A stretch of DNA of 64,000 nucleotides from Auanema rhodensis (Eukaryota; Animalia; Nematoda): positions 3,038,001-3,102,000 of the forward strand of contig OZ059898.1 of assembly GCA_964057225.1 (NCBI GenBank), written 5' to 3'. How positions within the stretch are numbered: the first letter of the stretch is position 1; the number at the start of each line of letters is the position of its first letter. Both the position numbers and the translations under genes were made by a program. Shown one piece after another: positions 11,371 through 24,934 of this stretch. Under the pieces are notes generated by a model, which saw nothing but the letters and a program-made list of their open reading frames with translations, had not been told where the DNA came from and made no database searches.

Positions 11371-13149
11371 CAAGCTTTTCTCAATGTAGTAGAGTGCATT
11401 CGATGCGGATTTTTAAGCTGCGTCGATCTGTGTTATCAGATTTGCGCTAGCTTAAAAATGCACCGAGATATCAACTGATATAAGTTCACACTTATATCCT
11501 CGATTTTCACCCTGAAGAATTAACTTTTTCGTTGAATAACATTGTCTATCGTCTTTGCCTTGAAAAATGGAATCTAAAAACATCTACTTTTTGCTAAATT
11601 ATTTTGAAATTTTTCGAAAAAATTTTTGTCAAAATGTTTTTGGAAGCAATGTTGAGTGTACATGGAAACTCAACATACACTAATGCATCATTTTTCAAAC
11701 GATCATAACTAATTTTTGTATCAAGCGTTTCTCAATGTAGTATAATGCATTCGATCCGGATTTTTAAGCTGCGTCGATCTGTGTTATCAGATTTGCGCTA
11801 GCTTAAAAATGCACCGAGATATCAACTGATATAAGTTCACACTTATATCCTCGATTTTCATCCTGAAGAATTAATTTTTTCGTTGAATAACATTGTCCAT
11901 CGTCTTTGCCTTGAAAAATCGAATCTAAAAACATCTACTTTTCGCTAAATTAGATTGAAATTTTTCGAAAAAATTTTTGTCAAAATGTTTTTGGAAGCAA
12001 TGTTGAGTGTACATGGAAACTCAACATACACTAATGCATCATTTTTCAAACGATCATAACTAATTTGTGTATCAAGCGTTTCTCAATGTAGTATATTGCA
12101 TTCGATGCGGATTTTTAAGCTGCGTCGATCTGTGTTATCAGATTTGCGCTAGCTTAAAAATGCACCGAGATATCAACTGATATAAGTTCACACTTATATC
12201 CTCGATTTTTATCCTGAAGAATTAATTTTTTCGTTGAATAACATTGTCCATCGTCTTTGCCTTGAAAAATGGAAACTAAAAACATCTACTTTTTGCTAAA
12301 TTATTTTGAAATTTTTCGAAAAAATTTTTGTCAAAATCTTTTTGGAAGCAATGTTGAGTGTACATGGAAACTCAACATACACTAATGCATCATTTTTCTA
12401 ACGATCATAACTAATTTTTGTATCAAGCGTTTCTCAATGTAGTATAGTGCATTCGATGCGGATTTTTAAGCTGCGTCGATCTGTGTTATCAGATTTGCGC
12501 TAGCTTAAAAATGCACCGAGATATCAACTGATATAAGTTCACACTTATATCCTCGATTTTCACCCTGAAGAATTAATTTTTTCGTTGAATAACATTGTCC
12601 ATCGTCTTTGCCTTGAAAAATGGAATCTAAAAACATCTACTTTTTGCTAAATTATTTTGAAATTTTTCGAAAAAATTTTTGTCAAAATGTTTTTGGAAGC
12701 AATGTTGAGTGTACATGGAAACTCAACATACACTAATGCATCATTTTTCAAACGATCATAACTAATTTTTGTATTAAGCTTTTCTCAATGTAGTATAGTG
12801 CATTCGATGCGGATTTTTAAGCTGCGTCGATCTGTGTTATCAGATTTGCGCTAGCTTAAAAATGCACCGAGATATCAACTGATATAAGTTCACACTTATA
12901 TCCTCGATTTTCACCCTGAAGAATTAATTTTTTCGTTGAATAATATTGTCCATCGTCTTTGCCTTGAAAAATGGAAACTAAAAACATCTACTTTTTGCTA
13001 AATTATTTTGAAATTTTTCGAAAAAATTTTTGTCAAAATGTTTTTGGAAGCAATGTTGAGTGTACATGGAAACTCAACATACACTAATGCATCATTTTTC
13101 AAACGATCATAACTAATTTTTGTATCAAGCTTTTCTCAATGTAGTAGAG

Positions 13150-14810
13150 TGCATTCGATGCGGATTTTTAAGCTGCGTCGATCTGTGTTATCAGATTTGC
13201 GCTAGCTTAAAAATGCACCGAGATATCAACTGATATAAGTTCACACTTATATCCTCGATTTTCACCCTGAAGAATTAACTTTTTCGTTGAATAACATTGT
13301 CTATCGTCTTTGCCTCGAAAAATGGAATCTAAAAACATCTACTTTTTGCTAAATTATTTTGAAATTTTTCGAAAAAATTTTTGTCAAAATGTTTTTGGAA
13401 GCAATGTTGAGTGTACATGGAAACTCAACATACACTAATGCATCATTTTTCAAACGATCATAACTAATTTTTGTATCAAGCGTTTCTCAATGTAGTATAA
13501 TGCATTTGATCCGGATTTTTAAGCTGCGTCGATGTGTGTTTTCAGATTTGCGCTAGCTTAAAAATGCACCGAGATATCAACTGATATAAGTTCACACTTA
13601 TCCTCGATTTTCATCCTGAAGAATTAATTTTTTCGTTGAATAACATTGTCCATCGTCTTTGCCTTGAAAAATCGAATCTAAAAACATCTACTTTTCGCTA
13701 AATTATTTTGAAATTTTTCGAAAAAATTTTTGTCAAAATGTTTTTGGAAGCAATGTTGAGTGTACATGGAAACTCAACATACACTAATGCATCATTTTTC
13801 AAACGATCATAACTAATTTTCGTATTAAGCGTTTTTCAATGTAGTATAGTGCATTCGATGCGGATTTTTAAGCTGCGTCGATCTGTGTTATCAGATTTGC
13901 GCTAGCTTAAAAATGCACCGAGATATCAACTGATATAAGTTCACACTTATATCCTCGATTTTCACCCTGAAGAATTAACTTTTTCGTTGAATAACATTGT
14001 CTATCGTCTTTGCCTTGAAAAATGGAATCTAAAAACATCTACTTTTTGCTAAATTATTTTGAAATTTTTCGAAAAAATTTTTGTCAAAATGTTTTTGGAA
14101 GCAATGTTGAGTGTACATGGAAACTCAACATACACTAATGCATCATTTTTCAAACGATCATAACTAATTTTTGTATCAAGCGTTTCTCAATGTAGTATAA
14201 TGCATTTGATCCGGATTTTTAAGCTGCGTCGATGTGTGTTTTCAGATTTGCGCTAGCTTAAAAATGCACCGAGATATCAACTGATATAAGTTCACACTTA
14301 TATCCTCGATTTTCATCCTGAAGAATTAATTTTTTCGTTGAATAACATTGTCCATCGTCTTTGCCTTGAAAAATCGAATCTAAAAACATCTACTTTTCGC
14401 TAAATTATTTTGAAATTTTTCGAAAAAATTTTTGTCAAAATGTTTTTGGAAGCAATGTTGAGTGTACATGGAAACTCAACATACACTAATGCATCATTTT
14501 TCAAACGATCATAACTAATTTTTGTATTAAGCGTTTTTCAATGTAGTATAGTGCATTCGATGCGGATTTTTAAGCTGCGTCGATCTGTGTTATCAGATTT
14601 GCGCTAGCTTAAAAATGCACCGAGATATCAACTGATATAAGTTCACACTTATATCCTCGATTTTCACCCTGAAGAATTAACTTTTTCGTTGAATAACATT
14701 GTCTATCGTCTTTGCCTTGAAAAATGGAATCTAAAAACATCTACTTTTTGCTAAATTATTTTGAAATTTTTCGAAAAAATTTTTGTCAAAATGTTTTTGG
14801 AAGCAATGTT
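13150..14810 (+). repeat. 2-monomer duplication (700-702 bp)
   Basis: The variant cluster ATAATGCATTTGATCC...GATGTGTGTTTTCAG occurs at 13500-13545 and 14200-14245. The first copy has a 2-bp deletion at ~13601. Confidence 0.85.
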
Positions 14811-15219
14811 GAGTGTAAATGGAAACTCAACATACACTAATGCATCATTTTTCAAACGATCATAACTAATTTTTGTATCAAGCTTTTCTCAATGAAGTAT
14901 AGTGCATTCGATGCGGATTTTTAAGCTGCGTCGATCTGTGTTATCAGATTTGCGCTAGCTTAAAAATGCACCGAGATATCAACTGATATAAGTTCACACT
15001 TATATCCTCGATTTTCACCCTGAAGAATTAACTTTTTCGTTGAATAACATTGTCTATCGTCTTTGCCTTGAAAAATGGAATCTAAAAACATCTACTTTTT
15101 GCTAAATTATTTTGAAATTTTTCGAAAAAATTTTTGTCAAAATGTTTTTGGAAGCAATGTTGAGTGTAAATGGAAACTCAACATACACTAATGCATCATT
15201 TTTCAAACGATCATAACTA

Positions 15220-18200
15220 ATTTTTGTATTAAGCTTTTCTCAATGAAGTATAGTGCATTCGATGCGGATTTTTAAGCTGCGTCGATCTGTGTATTCAGAT
15301 TTGCGCTAGCTTAAAAATGCACCGAGATATCAACTGATATAAGTTCACACTTATATCCTCGATTTTCACCCTGAAGAATTAATTTTTTCGTTGAATAACA
15401 TTGTCCATCGTCTTTGCCTTGAAAAATCGAATCTAAAAACATCTACTTTTCGCTAAATTAGATTGAAATTTTTCGAAAAAATTTTTGTCAAAATGTTTTT
15501 GGAAGCAATGTTGAGTGTACATGGAAACTCAACATACACTAATGCATCATTTTTCAAACGATCATAACTAATTTGTGTATCAAGCGTTTCTCAATGTAGT
15601 ATAGTGCATTCGATGCGGATTTTTAAGCTGCGTCGATCTGTGTTATCAGATTTGCGCTAGCTTAAAAATGCACCGAGATATCAACTGATATAAGTTCACA
15701 CTTATATCCTCGATTTTCACCCTGAAGAATTAATTTTTTCGTTGAATAACATTGTCCATCGTCTTTGCCTTGAAAAATGGAATCTAAAAACATCTACTTT
15801 TTGGTAAATTATTTTGAAATTTTTCGAAAAAATTTTTGTCAAAATGTTTTTGGAAGCAATGTTGAGTGTACATGGAAACTCAACATACACTAATGCATCA
15901 TTTTTCAAACGATCATAACTAATTTTTGTATTAAGCGTTTTTCAATGTAGTATAGTGTATTCGATGCGGATTTTTAAGCTGCGTCGATCTGTGTTATCAG
16001 ATTTGCGCTAGCTTAAAAATGCACCGAGATATCAACTGATATAAGTTCACACTTATATCCTCGATTTTCACCCTGAAGAATTAACTTTTTCGTTGAATAA
16101 CATTGTCTATCGTCTTTGCCTTGAGAAATGGAATCTAAAAACATCTACTTTTTGCTAAATTATTTTGAAATTTTTCGAAAAAATTTTTGTCAAAATGTTT
16201 TTGGAAGCAATGTTGAGTGTACATGGAAACTCAACATACACTAATGCATCATTTTTCAAACGATCATAACTAATTTTTGTATTAAGCTTTTCTCAATGAA
16301 GTATAGTGCATTCGATGCGGATTTTTAAGCTGCGTCGATCTGTGTATTCAGATTTGCGCTAGCTTAAAAATGCACCGAGATATCATCTGATATAAGTTCA
16401 CACTTATATCCTCGATTTTCACCCTGAAGAATTAATTTTTTCGTTGAATAACATTGTCCATCGTCTTTGCCTTGAAAAATCGAATCTAAAAACATCTACT
16501 TTTCGCTAAATTAGATTGAAATTTTTCGAAAAAATTTTTGTCAAAATGTTTTTGGAAGCAATGTTGAGTGTACATGGAAACTCAACATACACTAATGCAT
16601 CATTTTTCAAACGATCATAACTAATTTGTGTATCAAGCGTTTCTCAATGTAGTATAGTGCATTCGATGCGGATTTTTAAGCTGCGTCGATCTGTGTTATC
16701 AGATTTGCGCTAGCTTAAAAATGCACCGAGATATCAACTGATATAAGTTCACACTTATATCCTCGATTTTCACCCTGAAGAATTAATTTTTTCGTTGAAT
16801 AACATTGTCCATCGTCTTTGCCTTGAAAAATGGAATCTAAAAACATCTACTTTTTGGTAAATTATTTTGAAATTTTTCGAAAAAATTTTTGTCAAAATGT
16901 TTTTGGAAGCAATGTTGAGTGTACATGGAAACTCAACATACACTAATGCATCATTTTTCAAACGATCATAACTAATTTTTGTATTAAGCGTTTTTCAATG
17001 TAGTATAGTGTATTCGATGCGGATTTTTAAGCTGCGTCGATCTGTGTTATCAGATTTGCGCTAGCTTAAAAATGCACCGAGATATCAACTGATATAAGTT
17101 CACACTTATATCCTCGATTTTCACCCTGAAGAATTAACTTTTTCGTTGAATAACATTGTCTATCGTCTTTGCCTTGAGAAATGGAATCTAAAAACATCTA
17201 CTTTTTGCTAAATTATTTTGAAATTTTTCGAAAAAATTTTTGTCAAAATGTTTTTGGAAGCAATGTTGAGTGTACATGGAAACTCAACATACACTAATGC
17301 ATCATTTTTCAAACGATCATAACTAATTTTTGTATTAAGCTTTTCTCAATGAAGTATAGTGCATTCGATGCGGATTTTTAAGCTGCGTCGATCTGTGTAT
17401 TCAGATTTGCGCTAGCTTAAAAATGCACCGAGATATCATCTGATATAAGTTCACACTTATATCCTCGATTTTCACCCTGAAGAATTAATTTTTTCGTTGA
17501 ATAACATTGTCCATCGTCTTTGCCTTGAAAAATCGAATCTAAAAACATCTACTTTTCGCTAAATTAGATTGAAATTTTTCGAAAAAATTTTTGTCAAAAT
17601 GTTTTTGGAAGCAATGTTGAGTGTACATGGAAACTCAACATACACTAATGCATCATTTTTCAAACGATCATAACTAATTTTTGTATTAAGCTTTTTTCAA
17701 TGTAATATAGTGCATTCGATGCGGATTTTTAAGCTGCGTCGATCTGTGTTATCAGATTTGCGCTAGCTTAAAAATGCACCGAGATATCAACTGATATAAG
17801 TTCACACTTATATCCTCGATTTTCACCCTGAAGAATTAATTTTTTCGTTGAATAACATTGTCCATCGTCTTTGCCTTGAAAAATGGAATCTAAAAACATC
17901 TACTTTTTGGTAAATTATTTTGAAATTTTTCGAAAAAATTTTTGTCAAAATGTTTTTGGAAGCAATGTTGAGTGTACATGGAAACTCAACATACACTAAT
18001 GCATCATTTTTCAAACGATCATAACTAATTTTTGTATTAAGCGTTTTTCAATGTAGTATAGTGTATTCGATGCGGATTTTTAAGCTGCGTCGATCTGTGT
18101 TATCAGATTTGCGCTAGCTTAAAAATGCACCGAGATATCAACTGATATAAGTTCACACTTATATCCTCGATTTTCACCCTGAAGAATTAACTTTTTCGTT

Positions 18201-19095
18201 GAATAACATTGTCTATCGTCTTTGCCTTGAGAAATGGAATCTAAAAACATCTACTTTTTGCTAAATTATTTTGAAATTTTTCGAAAAAATTTTTGTCAAA
18301 ATGTTTTTGGAAGCAATGTTGAGTGTACATGGAAACTCAACATACACTAATGCATCATTTTTCAAACGATCATAACTAATTTTTGTATTAAGCTTTTCTC
18401 AATGAAGTATAGTGCATTCGATGCGGATTTTTAAGCTGCGTCGATCTGTGTATTCAGATTTGCGCTAGCTTAAAAATGCACCGAGATATCATCTGATATA
18501 AGTTCACACTTATATCCTCGATTTTCACCCTGAAGAATTAATTTTTTCGTTGAATAACATTGTCCATCGTCTTTGCCTTGAAAAATCGAATCTAAAAACA
18601 TCTACTTTTCGCTAAATTAGATTGAAATTTTTCGAAAAAATTTTTGTCAAAATGTTTTTGGAAGCAATGTTGAGTGTACATGGAAACTCAACATACACTA
18701 ATGCATCATTTTTCAAACGATCATAACTAATTTTTGTATTAAGCTTTTTTCAATGTAATATAGTGCATTCGATGCGGATTTTTAAGCTGCGTCGATCTGT
18801 GTTATCAGATTTGCGCTAGCTTAAAAATGCACCGAGATATCAACTGATATAAGTTCACACTTATATCCTCGATTTTCACCCTGAAGAATTAATTTTTTCG
18901 TTGAATAACATTGTCCATCGTCTTTGCCTTGAAAAATGGAATCTAAAAACATCTACTTTTTGGTAAATTATTTTGAAATTTTTCGAAAAAATTTTTGTCA
19001 AAATGTTTTTGGAAGCAATGTTGAGTGTACATGGAAACTCAACATACACTAATGCATCATTTTTCAAACGATCATAACTAATTTTTGTATTAAGC
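15220..19095 (+). repeat. 3-monomer higher-order repeat (1053 bp) x~3.7
   Basis: TTAGATTG 15461/16514/17567/18620. GTATTCAG near 15291/16344/17397/18450. TTGAGAAAT 16124/17177/18230. ATATCATCTG 16386/17439/18492. Identical ORFs at 15717/16770/17823/18876. Confidence 0.95.
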
Positions 19096-21029
19096 TTTTC
19101 TCAATGTTGTATAGTGCATTCGATGCGGATTTTTAAGCTGCGTCGATCTGTGTTATCAGATTTGCGCTAGCTTAAAAATGCACCGAGATATCAACTGATA
19201 TAAGTTCACACTTATATCCTCGATTTTCACCCTGAAGAAATAATTTTTTGTTGAATAACATTGTCCATCGTCTTTGCCTTGAAAAATGGAAACTAAAAAC
19301 ATCTACTTTTTGCTAAATTATTTTGAAATTTTTCGAAAAAATTTTTGTCAAAATGTTTTTGGAAGCAATGTTGAGTGTACATGGAAACTCAACATACACT
19401 AATGCATCATTTTTCAAACGATCATAACTAATTTTTGTATTAAGCTTTTCTCAATGAAGTATAGTGCATTCGATGCGGATTTTTAAGCTGCGTCGATCTG
19501 TGTTATCAGATTTGCGCTAGCTTAAAAATGCACCGAGATATCAACTGATATAAGTTCACACTTATATCCTCGATTTTCACCCTGAAGAAATAATTTTTTC
19601 GTTGAATAACATTGTCCATCGTCTTTGCCTTGAAAAAAGGAATCTAAAAACATCTACTTTTTGCTAAATTATTTTGAAATTTTTCGAAAAAATTTTTGTC
19701 AAAATTTTTTGGAAGCAATGTTGAGTGTACATGGAAACTCAACATACACTAATGCATCATTTTTCAAACGATCATAACTAATTTTTGTATTAAGCGTTTT
19801 TCAATGTAGTATAGTGCATTCGATGCGGATTTTTAAGCTGCGTCGATCTGTGTTATCAGATTTGCGCTAGCTTAAAAATGCACCGAGATATCAACTGATA
19901 TAAGTTCACACTTATATCCTCGATTTTCACCCTGAAGAATTAACTTTTTCGTTGAATAACATTGTCTATCGTCTTTGCCTTGAAAAATGGAATCTAAAAA
20001 CATCTACTTTTTGGTGAATTATTTTGAAATTTTTCGAAAAAATTTTTGTCAAAATGTTTTTGGAAGCAATGTTGAGTGTATATGGAAACTCAACATACAC
20101 TAATGCATCATTTTTCTAACGATCATAACTAATTTTTGTATTTAGCTTTTCTCAATGTAGTATAGTGCATTCGATGCGGATTTGTAAGCTGCGTCGATCT
20201 GTGTTATCAGATTTGCGCTAGCTTAAAAATGCACCGAGATATCAACTGATATAAGTTCACACTTATATCCTCGATTTTCACCCTGAAGAATTAACTTTTT
20301 CGTTGAATAACATTGTCTATCGTCTTTGCTTTGAAAAATGGAATCTAAAAACATCTACTTTTTGCTAAATTATTTTGAAATTTTTCGAAAAAATTCTTGT
20401 CAAAATGTTTTTGGAAGCAATGTTGAGTGTACATGGAAACTCAACATACACTAATGCATCATTTTTCAAACGATCATAACTAATTTTTGTATTAAGCTTT
20501 TCTCAATGTAGTATAGTGCATTCGATGCGGATTTTTAAGCTGCGTCGATCTGTGTTATCAGATTTGCGCTAGCTTAAAAATGCACCGAGATATGAACTGA
20601 TACAAGTTCACACTTATATCCTCGATTTTCACCCTGAAGAAATAATTTTTTCGTTGAATAACATTGTCCATCGTCTTTGCCTTGAAAAATGGAATCTAAA
20701 AACATCTACTTTTTGCTAAATTATTTTGAAATTTTTCGAAAAAATTTTTGTCAAAATGTTTTTGGAAGCAATGTTGAGTGTACATGGAAACTCAACATAC
20801 ACTAATGCATCATTTTTCTAACGATCATAACTAATTTTTGTATTAAGCTTTTCTCAATGTGGTATAGTGCATTCGATGCGGATTTTTAAGCTGCGTCGAT
20901 CTGTGTTATCAGATTTGCGCTAGCTTAAAAATGCACCGAGATATCAACTGATATAAGTTCACACTTATATCCTCGATTTTCACCCTGAAGAATTAACTTT
21001 TTCGTTGAATAACATTGTCTATCGTCTTT

Positions 21030-22490
21030 GCCTTGAAAAATGGAATCTAAAAACATCTACTTTTTGCTAAATTATTTTGAAATTTTTCGAAAAAATTCTT
21101 GTCAAAATGTTTTTGGAAGTAATGTTGAGTGTACATGGAAACTCAACATACACTAATGCATCATTTTTCAAACGATCATAACTAATTATTGTATTAAGCT
21201 TTTCTCAATGTAGTATAGTGCATTCGATGCGGATTTTTAAGCTGCGTCGATCTGTGTTATCAGATTTGCGCTAGCTTAAAAATGCACCGAGATATCAACT
21301 GATATAAGTTCACACTTATATCCTCGATTTTCACCCTGAAGAATTAACTTTTTCGTTGAATAACATTGTCTATCGTCTTTGCCTTGAAAAATGGAAACTA
21401 AAAACATCTACTTTTTGGTAAATTATTTTGAAATTTTTCGAAAAAATTTTTGTCAAAATGTTTTTGGAAGCAATGTTGAGTGTACATGGAAACTCAACAT
21501 ACACTAATGCATCATTTTTCTAACGATCATAACTAATTTTTGTATTAAGCTTTTCTCAATGTAGTATAGTGCATTCGATGCGGATTTTTAAGCTGCGTCG
21601 ATCTGTGTTATCAGATTTGCGCTAACTTAAAAATGCACCGAGATATCAACTGATACAAGTTCACACTTACATCCTCGATTTTCACCCTGAAGAAATAATT
21701 TTTTCGTTGAATAACATTGTCCATCGTCTTTGCCTTGAAAAATGGAATCTAAAAACATCTACTTTTTGCTAAATTATTTTGAAATTTTTCGAAAAAATTC
21801 TTGTCAAAATGTTTTTGGAAGTAATGTTGAGTGTACATGGAAACTCAACATACACTAATGCATCATTTTTCAAACGATCATAACTAATTATTGTATTAAG
21901 CTTTTCTCAATGTAGTATAGTGCATTCGATGCGGATTTTTAAGCTGCGTCGATCTGTGTTATCAGATTTGCGCTAGCTTAAAAATGCACCGAGATATCAA
22001 CTGATATAAGTTCACACTTATATCCTCGATTTTCACCCTGAAGAATTAACTTTTTCGTTGAATAACATTGTCTATCGTCTTTGCCTTGAAAAATGGAAAC
22101 TAAAAACATCTACTTTTTGGTAAATTATTTTGAAATTTTTCGAAAAAATTTTTGTCAAAATGTTTTTGGAAGCAATGTTGAGTGTACATGGAAACTCAAC
22201 ATACACTAATGCATCATTTTTCTAACGATCATAACTAATTTTTGTATTAAGCTTTTCTCAATGTAGTATAGTGCATTCGATGCGGATTTTTAAGCTGCGT
22301 CGATCTGTGTTATCAGATTTGCGCTAGCTTAAAAATGCACCGAGATATCAACTGATACAAGTTCACACTTACATCCTCGATTTTCACCCTGAAGAAATAA
22401 TTTTTTCGTTGAATAACATTGTCCATCGTCTTTGCCTTGAAAAATGGAATCTAAAAACATCTACTTTTTGCTAAATTATTTTGAAATTTT
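21030..22490 (+). repeat. 2-monomer duplication (702 bp)
   Basis: AATTCTTG 21098/21800, GGAAGTAATG 21120/21822, AATTATTG 21188/21890, CTTACATCC 21670/22372. Confidence 0.9.
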
Positions 22491-24934
22491 TCGAAAAAAT
22501 TTTTGTCAAAATGTTTTTGGAAGCAATGTTGAGTGTACATGGAAACTCAACATACACTAATGCATCATTTTTCTAACGATCATAACTAATTTTTGTATTA
22601 AGCTTTTCTCAATATAGTATAGTGCATTCGATGCGGATTTTTAAGCTGCGTCGATCTGTGTTATCAGATTTGCGCTAGCTTAAAAATGCACCGAGATATC
22701 AACTGATACAAGTTCACACTTATATCCTCGATTTTCACCCTGAAGAAATAATTTTTTCGTTGAATAACATTGTCCATCGTCTTCGCCTTGAAAAATGGAA
22801 TCTAAAAACATCTACTTTTTGGTAAATTATTTTGAAATTTTTCGAAAAAATTTTTGTCAAAATGTTTTTGGAAGCAATGTTGAGTGTACATGGAAACTCA
22901 ACATACACTAATGCATCATTTTTCAAACGATCATAACTAATTTTTGTATCAAGCGTTTCTCAATGTAGTATAGTGCATTCGATCCGGATTTTTAAGCTGC
23001 GTCGATCTGTGTTATCAGATTTGCGCTAGCTTAAAAATGCACCGAGATATCAACTGATATAAGTTCACACTTATATCCTCGATTTTCACCCTGAAGAATT
23101 AACTTTTTCGTTGAATAACATTGTCTATCGTCTTTGCTTTGAAAAATGGAATCTAAAAACATCTACTTTTTGCTAAATTATTTTGAAATTTTTCGAAAAA
23201 AGTTTTGTCAAAATGTTTTTGGAAGCAATGTTGAGTGTACATGGAAACTCAACATACACTAATGCATCATTTTTCAAACGATCATAACTAATTTTTGTAT
23301 TAAGCTTTTCTCAATGTAGTATAGTGCATTCGATGCGGATTTTTAAGCTGCGTCGATCTGTGTTATCAGATTTGCGCTAGCTTAAAAATGCACCGAGATA
23401 TGAACTGATACAAGTTCACACTTATATCCTCGATTTTCACCCTGAAGAAATAATTTTTTCGTTGAATATTATTGTCCATCGTCTTTGCCTTGAAAAAAGG
23501 ATTCTAAAAACATCTACTTTTTGCTAAATTATTTTGAAATTTTTCGAAAAAATTTTTGTCAAAATGTTTTTGGAAGCAATGTTGAGTGTACATGGAAACT
23601 CAACATACACTAATGCATCATTTTTCAAACGATCATAACTAATTTTTGTATCAAGCGTTTCTCAATGTAGTATAGTGCATTCGATCCGGATTTTTAAGCT
23701 GCGTTGATCTGTGTTATCAGATTTGCGCTAGCTTAAAAATGCACCGAGATATCAACTGATATAAGTTCACACTTATATCCTCGATTTTCACCCTGAAGAA
23801 ATAATTTTTTCGTTGAATAACATTGTCCATCGTCTTTGCCTTGAAAAAAGGAATCTAAAAACATCTACTTTTTGCTAAATTATTTTGAAATTTTTCGAAA
23901 AAATTTTTGTCAAAATTTTTTGGAAGCAATGTTGAGTGTACATGGAAACTCAACATACACTAATGCATCATTTTTCAAACGATCATAACTAATTTTTGTA
24001 TTAAGCGTTTTTCAATGTAGTATAGTGCATTCGATGCGGATTTTTAAGCTGCGTCGATCTGTGTTATCAGATTTGCGCTAGCTTAAAAATGCACCGAGAT
24101 ATCAACTGATATAAGTTCACACTTATATCCTCGATTTTCACCCTGAAGAATTAACTTTTTCGTTGAATAACATTGTCTATCGTCTTTGCCTTGAAAAATG
24201 GAATCTAAAAACATCTACTTTTTGGTAAATTATTTTGAAATTTTTCGAAAAAATTTTTGTCAAAATGTTTTTGGAAGCAATGTTGAGTGTACATGGAAAC
24301 TCAACATACACTAATGCATCATTTTTCAAACGATCATAACTAATTTTTGTATCAAGCGTTTCTCAATGTAGTATAGTGCATTTGATCCGGATTTTTAAGC
24401 TGCGTCGATCTGTGTTATCAGATTTGCGCTAGCTTAAAAATGCACCGAGATATCAACTGATATAAGTTCACACTTATATCCTCGATTTTCACCCTGAAGA
24501 ATTAACTTTTTCGTTGAATAACATTGTCTATCGTCTTTGCCTTGAAAAATGGAATCTAAAAACATCTACTTTTTGCTAAATTATTTTGAAATTTTTCGAA
24601 AAAATTTTTGTCAAAATGTTTTTGGAAGCAATGTTGAGTGTACATGGAAACTCAACATACACTAATGCATCATTTTTCAAACGATCATAACTAATTTTTG
24701 TATTAAGCTTTTCTCAATGTAGTATAGTGCATTCGATGCGGATTTTTAAGCTGCGTCGATCTGTGTTATCAGATTTGCGCTAGCTTAAAAATGCACCGAG
24801 ATATCAACTGATATAAGTTCACACTTATATCCTCGATTTTCACCCTGAAGAATTAACTTTTTCGTTGAATAACATTGTCTATCGTCTTTGCCTTGAAAAA
24901 TGGAATCTAAAAACATCTACTTTTTGGTAAATTA

